A DNA stretch of 64,000 nucleotides from a virus (lineage: Duplodnaviria > Heunggongvirae > Uroviricota > Caudoviricetes). Position numbers and translations under genes: made by a program. Under the pieces are notes generated by a model. That model ran no database searches, had not been told where the DNA came from, and saw only the letters and a list, made by a program, of their open reading frames with translations. Shown here piece after piece: positions 26,395 through 36,200 of this stretch (position 1 is its first letter; the number at the start of each line of letters is the position of its first letter). Location of the stretch: IMG/VR virus record IMGVR_UViG_3300020714_000006; one strand, given 5' to 3'.

Positions 26395-29256
26395 ATGGCA
26401 TTAATACCATTAAATACGTTTAAAACAAAAACGGCTGTTTTAACAACACTAAAGTATAATCAAGCAAAATGTTCCAGGGATACTGGATTAATAATTGATT
26501 CTATTGCATTTGATTTACTCTTTGGTGGTAATACACAAACAGCATTTGCCGCTGTTCAATACTGGTCACAAGGAGTCACAGAAATTCCAGGTGAAATATT
26601 TCAAACATTATCAGCATTAGAACACGCAAAAGAAGTTTCAAAAAAATTAGTAAAAAATCAAACAGTTATAAAATCTGTTGGAAATAATGTTTCACAAAAT
26701 ACAAGTTTAGCAGCAGGTTCTGATGCAGCAGTTGCTGTAATAGATTCTGAATTTGAATTAATAATGGACATTATTAAAAATGGAACTGCTGGAACAACTA
26801 ATAAAATTGTTTCAAATACTGGAATAATTACTGATACCGGATTTCAAACAACAACAGATACTGGCATAATTTATGCAGCAGCTATTCTTGAAGCAAATAA
26901 AGTATTTTTACAAACTGAAGTTGTTGCGTATGTAAACAGCATGTTCAATGCTGGATACGTATATGACCAAGTAAAATGTGCAAGAGATACTGGATTAATT
27001 GTTGATTCATTAGCATTTGATTTGTTATTTTCTGGTAGTTCACAATCTACTTTTGCTGGATTACAATATTGGCTTCAAGATGGAACTACAATCCCAAATG
27101 AAACAAGCCAAACCCAAGCAGCATTAAATCATGCAAAAGATGTGATTTCAGCAGTAGTATTGAATCAAACATATCCTGCGAGTGGTGGAAATAAAACAGC
27201 ACAAGTTATAAATCAATCATTGGTTGCCAGTCAATCTAGTCAAACAACATTACTAAAATTGATGACTAATATAACTAATATTATTTCTAGTGGCACATCT
27301 AGTGTTCTTATTGATGGAGCAACTATCCCATCAAATGTAACTAATGCAATAGTTCCAAATGGAGATATTACAACTGATGAATTAATTTTAAATGCATATA
27401 CATTACTACAGTTAAACAAAAATTTTATTCAATCAGAAATAATATCTTGGATTAATAACCAAAACGGATTAAATGCTGCTCCATTCTCAACTGCATTTAC
27501 ATATGATTCTGATAAATGCTATCGTGATATGTCATATATTATTGATTGTATTTCATTTGATTTAATTTATGGTGGAAATCGTCAATCTCTTCAAGCTGGA
27601 TCATATTATTATGGTTTTTCATCAACTACTAGTTCTATTTCAACTGGAACTATTGTTAATGATGGGTCGTTTGATATAGGGTCTGCTTATATTATTGTTG
27701 ATCCTGGTAATACTAATTTCGTAGCAATCGGTGCATCAAACAATTCAGCTGGAACATTATTTGTTGCAACTAATACTGGTAGTTTATCTGGTGGTAATGG
27801 TGGATCAGGAACGGCAGTTAAAGCAGATGAAATTTCAGAATCAATCTCGGCATATACATTTATGAAATCTTTGGTTGGTAATATAATCGAAGGTCAACCA
27901 ATTGCTGAAATATATCAAACAAATGTACCACAGGTAGTGTACACTGAATATGGAACTACAACTGAAACAGCTGCTGTTGCATATAACATTGATCTTATTA
28001 CAAATATTATACAAAATGGACCAGTTGTTGCACCTGCTCCAGAACCAATTAGTTTAACAGCATCATTGAATACTAATGTTCAGTATGCTGCTAATATATT
28101 ATTAGCTAATAAAGAGTTTATTAAAGCAGAAGTTATTGCATATCTTAATACTACAATAAAATATAATACAGTAAAAGCTGGATATTTTATAGCTGGTACT
28201 GTATACACTATTGAAACACTTGGCAATACCACAAATTTACAATGGAACTTAATTGCTGGTACAACTAATGTTACATATGCACCAGGAATGACATTTACTG
28301 CTGCAGTAGGACAACCTGGAACTGGTACTGGAACTGCAAATGTTGGATTTAGATATCCAAATAATGATGTTTATGATAATACTAATTATTGCTATAGAGA
28401 TATTGGCTTTATCGTTGACTGTATTAACTTTGATTTATTGTATTCTGATAGCACACATACATCAAATAGACAAGCAATTCAAGCAGGGGTATACTATTTT
28501 ACAAATTCAGCTACTACTTCAGTGGTTGCTGCTGAAAAAACAGATACAATAAATGCTTATAATTACATGAATATTGTTATGTCTAGTGTTATAAAAAACT
28601 TGCCATTAACACAATTATATATAAAAAATTCTCAAAATGGCAGTAATTATTTAAAAGCACCATATCAAACTGAAGTTGTTCAGGATATAAATTTATTAAC
28701 TCCAACAACTAACTTGAATACTATTGTTACTAATGTATCTGATCTTATTGGAACATTGACAACTATTATTAATAATGGTCCATCTGCTGCACCATCTAGA
28801 GTTCCAATTGATATAGGAACACTTAATACAAATATGGATTATGTAAATGCATACAATATATTAATGACAAACAAAGATTATATTGTAGCTGAAATAATTG
28901 GGTATATGAATGAATTAACATCACCTAATACTACCAAAATATATACCGCTCCTCCTGGAGTAACTGCGATTGTATTAATGGCACAAGTATCAAATGTTAC
29001 TGATAGAAATATTAATATAACATTTGCACATTACCGGAACTTGCCAGTGTTTCCAGATCCAGCTACATTAAATGGATATCAAGCACCAAATACGGTTACA
29101 GAAATAGTTAAAAATTATTCTATACCGCCGAATGATGCAGCAACATTAATTCAAGGAAAAATGATTATCGAAAGCTTCGATAGTATAGTAGCTTATGCCA
29201 GTGAATCACAAGGTTTAAAAGTTACTCTTAGCATATTAGAGACCGCAAATGCCTAG
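26395..29256 (+). CDS. Virion structural protein with four C-x-R-D helical repeats
   Basis: Repeats KCSRD, KCARD, KCYRD, YCYRD; compact termini MALIPLNTFKTKT and IYTAPPGVTAIVLMAQVSN...LSILETANA. Confidence 0.7.
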   Translation: MALIPLNTFKTKTAVLTTLKYNQAKCSRDTGLIIDSIAFDLLFGGNTQTAFAAVQYWSQGVTEIPGEIFQTLSALEHAKEVSKKLVKNQTVIKSVGNNVSQNTSLAAGSDAAVAVIDSEFELIMDIIKNGTAGTTNKIVSNTGIITDTGFQTTTDTGIIYAAAILEANKVFLQTEVVAYVNSMFNAGYVYDQVKCARDTGLIVDSLAFDLLFSGSSQSTFAGLQYWLQDGTTIPNETSQTQAALNHAKDVISAVVLNQTYPASGGNKTAQVINQSLVASQSSQTTLLKLMTNITNIISSGTSSVLIDGATIPSNVTNAIVPNGDITTDELILNAYTLLQLNKNFIQSEIISWINNQNGLNAAPFSTAFTYDSDKCYRDMSYIIDCISFDLIYGGNRQSLQAGSYYYGFSSTTSSISTGTIVNDGSFDIGSAYIIVDPGNTNFVAIGASNNSAGTLFVATNTGSLSGGNGGSGTAVKADEISESISAYTFMKSLVGNIIEGQPIAEIYQTNVPQVVYTEYGTTTETAAVAYNIDLITNIIQNGPVVAPAPEPISLTASLNTNVQYAANILLANKEFIKAEVIAYLNTTIKYNTVKAGYFIAGTVYTIETLGNTTNLQWNLIAGTTNVTYAPGMTFTAAVGQPGTGTGTANVGFRYPNNDVYDNTNYCYRDIGFIVDCINFDLLYSDSTHTSNRQAIQAGVYYFTNSATTSVVAAEKTDTINAYNYMNIVMSSVIKNLPLTQLYIKNSQNGSNYLKAPYQTEVVQDINLLTPTTNLNTIVTNVSDLIGTLTTIINNGPSAAPSRVPIDIGTLNTNMDYVNAYNILMTNKDYIVAEIIGYMNELTSPNTTKIYTAPPGVTAIVLMAQVSNVTDRNINITFAHYRNLPVFPDPATLNGYQAPNTVTEIVKNYSIPPNDAATLIQGKMIIESFDSIVAYASESQGLKVTLSILETANA

Positions 29257-32200
29257 TTTATTAAGTGGAAGACAGGCGGTAACACCGTCAACGCAATTAA
29301 CAGTAACAAGATATCAATACGTATCATTATCACAAGCTCAACCTTCATTGGGAACACCTGCTATTAATGATAGTATTTTAATAGGACACTTGGATGGAAC
29401 AACTTCATGGTTGCCACAAAGTGCTATTATATCTGCCACAGCACCAACACAAAATGTTATTTTTGTGGCAAAAAATGGTAATGATAGTAATTCTGGAACG
29501 TCTATATCTACCCCAAAACAATCAATTGCATCAGCAATAAGTGTTTCAATACCTGGTACCACAATTATGGTATTTGGTGGGGTATATTCAGAAAATAATC
29601 CATTAATGATTCCAGCAAATGTAACTATTATGGGTCAGGATAATAATGTTATAGTTATACCACAGAATGGTACCTACGGTGTATTTTATTTAAATAGTGG
29701 TTCAACTGTAGTTAGTGTGACAGTTAAGAACCATGCCGCCCCAAATTTTGCATTTAACTTAACATCAGGTGTAACTTTCAATCAACAACCATTAATTAAA
29801 AACTGCTCTAGTGTAACTGGTCCATTTTTGAATGATGGGACATTGTTTGTTCCATTAGTAACTGTACAAAATGTAGCAATAACCCCAGGATCACTTCCAT
29901 TATTAGATAGTCAAGTTTCTATAACTGGTAAACGAATAAATCCAACTGGTGCTGGTGGTGGTATTAAAATTGATGGTCTTGCATTTTCAAATTTATCATT
30001 AGTAAATTCAGTATTGGTTGAAAACTTTACTGCTATAAACCAAGGTGGTATTGGAATTTTAGCAACTAATAATGTTACTGTTCATGTTACTGCTAGTAAT
30101 ACACAGTTTTGTTCAAGAAGTTTTGATGCTGAAAATGGTGCAGTATTAGATATAAACTCTTGTACAACTGAATGCGGTGATTATGGATTAGTTAGTAATA
30201 GCTTTTATGGAGCACCATATTTATCTGGGTTGGTTGGAGAATCATTATTCAGTAGTATTTCTTCAGTGTCAGTTTCAGATCCAGGTTCTGGATATGTTTC
30301 ACCAACAGTTACATTTGGAAACATTTGGCAAGCTGGGTTAGCGGTTACATTACATTCACAATATTATTATGGTGATAATTTATATTTTGTTACAGCAATA
30401 ACAGGCAATGGAACATTTGGGGTAACACCTCCAACTCATAACACGCCTGGGGTTTCTGTTGACAATAATAATGTAACATTGTTATTTACTGGAACTGTTG
30501 CATCAGCAACCGCTGATATAGTTAATGGTGAACTTACTGGATTAACATTTTCAAGTTATGGAACTGGTTATACCGAAATCCCATCAGTAAATATCAGTGG
30601 AACTAATATAACACCAGCGTCGGCACAAGCTAGTTTAACAGGTATATCGGCATTTACTATTGGGAGTCTTATTGAGCAACCTATAAACAGTACATTAGTA
30701 AGTGTAGATGGGCATTCTGGTAAATATCTTATAACAGCTGCAACGTCATTGATTGGTACCGCATCTAATGTTAAAATAAGTCCAAATATATATTATGTTA
30801 TTTTAGATACTGCAGTAAACTTTTATTATGACAGTATAATTACTGCAAATAACCATTTATTCAAATACGTTGGTTCTGGGATCACTTATAATGCGTTATC
30901 TGCAAATGGTGGCGTGCCAAATCCAATACATGAAGTAAGTGAAACAAATTACGGAAAAGTTTATTACACTAGTATGAATGAACGTGGTGTATATAAAATT
31001 GGTGATGTATTTTCAATCGACTTAATAACCAATACTTCAACATTAAATGCAAGTGAATTTAATTTAGCTAACCTTGGTGCTATTGGCCCATTAGTTAGAG
31101 ATGGAGTACCATCCGGTGTTCAGTTAAAAGAAATAAGTAATGATACTGGATTAATTGCAAGTAATGGATTCATTGATCCATTTACTGCACCAACACAATA
31201 TGCCGTAGCTACTTATTTACAAAACAACTATTTACCATTAACTGGTGGTGGAATAGTTACTGGTACTGTTAGAATAAACGATTTAATATTTACTTCTAAT
31301 ACTATAACTAGTTACAATTTAAATGAAAATATAAAATTAGTTCCCGATGGAACTGGTTCTATTGATATTACTGACCATAAAATTATTAACTTAGCTGACC
31401 CAACTAATCCACAAGATGCTGCAACAAAAGCATATGTTGATTCACTGGCAACTGCTACAATATCGTATACAGATGCACATATTGCAGATTTTTATTTTAC
31501 TGCTAATGTTATTAATACAGCAACTAATGTTGACATAAACTTGTCAACTTCTGGTTCTGGTGTCACTAAAATAACATCAACAGTTGATAGTTCATCACCA
31601 ACTGCATTAGATCCATCTTTAACTGGTGCGTTACAGATTTCTGGTGGTGTAGGTATTGCTAAGAATGTATTTGTTGGTGAAAGTGTTCATGCTGCTGGTT
31701 CATTCTACGGTGATTTAGTTGGTACTGCTGACCATTCTTATGATGTAATAAATGCAGCACAGCCTAATATCACTAGTTTGGGAACATTAACCTCTTTACA
31801 AGTTGATCAAATACTAATTAATGGTAATACAATACGAAATACTCAATTAAATGATAATTTAAAATTAGGTGTAACTGGTACTGGAAGTATTATTCCAGAA
31901 ACTGCTAATGGTATTAGTTTTGGAACATTATCAAGTAAATGGTATGCTGGGTTTTTTACAAGTATATATGGATTAATTCAAGATGGAAATCAAACTAATA
32001 TCACAGAATTGGCATCAAATGTAAGTTTATATGATTCATCATATACATTATCACCATCATTATCTATAGGATATGCTAGTACTAATAGATTAGAAATTAG
32101 TACTTCACATAGTTCTTCAAATCTTGCTGATACAACTTTTACTACTTATTCTACGAATGGTGCAGCTGGCGCAATTAAGTTTTCACCAAATCAAAACTTA

Positions 32201-33190
32201 TCATTAACAATTGATAATGGATTAGTTACTACTGCAAATTTATATGCAAGTGGATCGTTAGAAGTTGAAAATTCAATAATCCAATTAGGACCTATTGGTA
32301 GAACAACGTCGGTTGACCATGATACTGGTGTTGAATATATTTCTAACATTGATATTTCATCATATATTACATCTATTGAATTAACAAGCGATGGAACAAC
32401 TAATGTTACGTTAGTAACTTTAAATATGGGTGTTACTGTTAATTCTCTTAACATAACAACAAACGATTATCTATTTTTAAAAGGACCAATAACACCATCA
32501 AATCTTGAAAATTATTGGAAAATTTCATCAGTAGCAACAACTACATTTACATTAGATATTGGAATTACATTAGATGCAGGTGTATATCCATTAACTCCAT
32601 CACAGGTATTATTGAGCAAACAAGGTTTCTTTGGCTATAATCAATCAATTGGTGCGTTTACTGTGTTAGAAAGTATTGCAGTTGATGGAAACAATGTTGT
32701 AACTGGAAATATTGGAACTATAAGTGCAAATTTATCTAGTGATAATGTAAATTTCAATGGTGGAACTATTAATAATACTGCTATAGGTGCAGTTACGCCA
32801 GCAACTGGGCAATTTTCAATTGTTACTTCAGATAAGTATCACACAACTGTATCTGTGGCTGTTCCTAATCTTACATCAGACCCAATAACTGGTGCAACTA
32901 TAGTAGATTCATTTTTATCAACTAGTGCAGATATTGCAAAATATATAATTAAAATCAAAGATTTAGATAATGGATACATTACTGGACAAGATTTATTGAT
33001 TGTTCAAGATGGGATTAACATTTACATAAGTGAATATGGTATTGAATATACAAGTGATTCTATACTTGGAACTTTTACTGCAGAAATAGTTAGTGGGACT
33101 GTTAATTTAATATTAACACCAGACCCTGGAAGCACTGGAAATCCTGCTAATTTAAATCTACAAGTGTCATTATTTAGGTTTTATGGATAA
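29249..33190 (+). CDS. Giant virion/fibre protein
   Basis: NVIFVAKNGNDSNSG domain, LADPTNPQDAATKAYVD fibre motif, GALQISGGVGIAKN motif, C-terminal AKYII...EYG domain. Confidence 0.7.
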   Translation: MPSLLSGRQAVTPSTQLTVTRYQYVSLSQAQPSLGTPAINDSILIGHLDGTTSWLPQSAIISATAPTQNVIFVAKNGNDSNSGTSISTPKQSIASAISVSIPGTTIMVFGGVYSENNPLMIPANVTIMGQDNNVIVIPQNGTYGVFYLNSGSTVVSVTVKNHAAPNFAFNLTSGVTFNQQPLIKNCSSVTGPFLNDGTLFVPLVTVQNVAITPGSLPLLDSQVSITGKRINPTGAGGGIKIDGLAFSNLSLVNSVLVENFTAINQGGIGILATNNVTVHVTASNTQFCSRSFDAENGAVLDINSCTTECGDYGLVSNSFYGAPYLSGLVGESLFSSISSVSVSDPGSGYVSPTVTFGNIWQAGLAVTLHSQYYYGDNLYFVTAITGNGTFGVTPPTHNTPGVSVDNNNVTLLFTGTVASATADIVNGELTGLTFSSYGTGYTEIPSVNISGTNITPASAQASLTGISAFTIGSLIEQPINSTLVSVDGHSGKYLITAATSLIGTASNVKISPNIYYVILDTAVNFYYDSIITANNHLFKYVGSGITYNALSANGGVPNPIHEVSETNYGKVYYTSMNERGVYKIGDVFSIDLITNTSTLNASEFNLANLGAIGPLVRDGVPSGVQLKEISNDTGLIASNGFIDPFTAPTQYAVATYLQNNYLPLTGGGIVTGTVRINDLIFTSNTITSYNLNENIKLVPDGTGSIDITDHKIINLADPTNPQDAATKAYVDSLATATISYTDAHIADFYFTANVINTATNVDINLSTSGSGVTKITSTVDSSSPTALDPSLTGALQISGGVGIAKNVFVGESVHAAGSFYGDLVGTADHSYDVINAAQPNITSLGTLTSLQVDQILINGNTIRNTQLNDNLKLGVTGTGSIIPETANGISFGTLSSKWYAGFFTSIYGLIQDGNQTNITELASNVSLYDSSYTLSPSLSIGYASTNRLEISTSHSSSNLADTTFTTYSTNGAAGAIKFSPNQNLSLTIDNGLVTTANLYASGSLEVENSIIQLGPIGRTTSVDHDTGVEYISNIDISSYITSIELTSDGTTNVTLVTLNMGVTVNSLNITTNDYLFLKGPITPSNLENYWKISSVATTTFTLDIGITLDAGVYPLTPSQVLLSKQGFFGYNQSIGAFTVLESIAVDGNNVVTGNIGTISANLSSDNVNFNGGTINNTAIGAVTPATGQFSIVTSDKYHTTVSVAVPNLTSDPITGATIVDSFLSTSADIAKYIIKIKDLDNGYITGQDLLIVQDGINIYISEYGIEYTSDSILGTFTAEIVSGTVNLILTPDPGSTGNPANLNLQVSLFRFYG

Positions 33191-33211
33191 ATATTACAAT
33201 AACGGAGACAA

Positions 33212-36200
33212 ATGATGTCATCAACTAATAGACAATTTCTGGTAAGAACGGGGCTAAACTTACCAGCTGGCACAGCTACACAAGCACCATTGACATTACA
33301 ATCTGGGGTTAATTTAACAACAGCAGCAACTGGTTCAGTTGAATGGGATGGATATAACCTATTTGTATCTGAAAACAGTACAAATGGTACATATTCTGGA
33401 AACCTATCAGCAGTAGCACGTAGAACAGTAGCATATACTGATTCTACCATGACACCACTAATTGGGTCATATACTGCAACAGGTTCTACTCAAAGTAATT
33501 CAACACAAATTACTACTGATTATGCATATGTTACTACATCAACAGCAACTGCAGCACCATATAATGGTGTTATATTACCTGCACCAATTGTTGGTAGATC
33601 AGTTAAAATTGTTAATAATACTGCAAATTCAATTTATGTTTGGCCACAACCAACTGTTGCACTAACTGGTGGAACATCATCTGCTACTGTTACACCAAAT
33701 ATTATAACTGTAACTTCTACTACTGGATTATATCCAGGAATGACAATTCCAACGTCAATGACATCTGGAACTGGTGTATTTCCTGCAAATACAGTTGTTG
33801 TTAGTATATTAAGTTCTACTACATTTGTTGTTAATAATGCACCGACTACTATTTTAGCAAGTGCTGCATTTACTGCTGGAACTGCAAGTGGTATTAACAC
33901 AGGAACTAATGATGCATTATACACAATTGTTCCAACTTCATCTGTTGAATTTTTAGCAACAACTTCTTCACGTTGGATGACATCATCAGCTGCATCAGCA
34001 AGTGGTATATCAAATGGTGGAAGTGGAACTGGTACATATACTGCTGGATCATTGGTATATTCAACTGATGCATTAGGAACATTTAATGGTTTGCCTGATA
34101 TCGCAACTGTTGGTATTCCATTATTATCACAAGGTTCAACAGTAGCCCCTGCATATACTGCTATAAACTTGGCAAATGCTGCTGTTGTATCTGGAACTAC
34201 TGGCCCGGTATATGGCGTATTACCAATAGCAAACGGTGGTACTGGCACGAATGGATCTGGATTAAATTCAGCTGGTGCAACATATAATTTAATAAACACA
34301 ACTGCTACAAATATTAACTTTGGTGGAGCAGGAACTGCTATTAGTATTGGTTCTAGTTCAGGAACAACAACTGTTAATAATAATTTAGTTGTTACTGGAA
34401 CTACAAGTTTAGGTACAACAACTGTTGGAAATCTAACTGTAACTGGTACACAGTTTATTTCAAATACAACTAATACATCTATCAATGATCCTATAATGGA
34501 ATTAGATAGACCATCATATGGATGGTTAACAAATGATAATGGATTTGATATTGGTTTAAAATACCACTATTATAAAACACAACCAAATGCATTATTTGTT
34601 GTAACAAGTACTACTGGTGCTTCAGGAACTGCTACATTAACCTTAAGTGATATAACAGTAGTAATACCAGTTGGTGCTATTATTTCTGTTGGATCAACAT
34701 TAGGAGCATATGCAGGAACATATATAGTTACCGCATCAGCCGCTGGATCTGTATCATATGCTAATGCAACAACTTCAACTATTACAACTATTGGAACAGT
34801 ATCAATTGTAACATTTGTTCCAATGGCTACTGGAAGTTCATCTGGAACAACAGTTACTATTACGTATGCAACGACAGGTTCACAAGTATTAATTCCAAAT
34901 GGATCTAAAATTACATTATCTGGATTTGCTGGAACCGGTGGCTCGTTATTAGCAACAAATGGTATATCTCCATATGCAGGAACTGCTACATATGATGTTC
35001 AGTCATCATCTGCTACTACAACAGTTGGCACAATAACCATAACTACTACAGGTTCTAACTTAGGAACAATAACTTCTGCAACTGGTAATATCAACGTAAG
35101 TGACTTATTTGCTTTCTCTGGATGGACAAATGATTCACAATCATTTGAATTTTATTCAGAAGGTTATGAAACTAGTACTAACGTATTTGCTGGACAATAT
35201 GGAACTGTTAAAGCTGGTGGATTTAGAATTGCAGCACCATCTAGTGTTCCTGCTACTAGTGGAAACTTAAATAGTCTTAGTTCTGGAGCAGCGTTAACTG
35301 TTGTTGGAAAAACATTTTTTGATACAACATCAACTGCTACTCAAACACAAACACAAGCGGCTGTTATGGGAGTTGCGCAACAAACAATTGCTGCATTAAA
35401 TACTACTGTAACATATACAAATGCTGCATCATTATACATTGCAAACGCACCAACTAATGGAACAAACGTTACAATAACAAATCCATATGCAATTCAAGTT
35501 GCAGCTGGTAACACATTATTAGGTGGTAATTTAGCAGTCAATGGTGGAACATTAAGTTCTACATCTACCACTTTTAACTTATTGAACACAGGTGTTACAA
35601 CTGGTAACGTGTTAGGTGCAGCTACTACTTATACTATAGGTGGTACCGCAACTACATCTGCTAATTTTTCTGGGTCTACTTCTGGTAGTACATATACATT
35701 TGGCGGTGCTGCTGCTACAGGAAACATTCTTAAACTTGCTGGAACAACTGGTGGAACAGTCAGTGTTACAACTGATGTAACAACTGGTACTGCTAACATT
35801 TTTGCATCAGTAACCGGTGCAATCAACATGGGTGGTGCATCTACTACCGTTGTTGTTGGTCAATCAGCAAACTCAACATTAACTATTGCTGGAACAAATG
35901 GTGCAGCTGGTACTGCTACTATTAATACCACAACTGGTGTTGTAACTGCTAACGTATTCAATACTGTTGCAACAGCTGGTAATTTATTTGGTGTTGCTAC
36001 TGCAGTAACTATTTCATCAGGAGCTACTGGTACATTAACTTTTGGTAATGCTGCTAGTGTTGGAACAACAAATAAAATTTCTATTAACGTAGGGGTTGGA
36101 ACCGCATCATTTGATGCAACATCTACTGCTGGAACTGCTTCATTATTCGCATCACCAACTAACGCAATACAAATTGGTTTAGCATCTACCACCATTTTAA

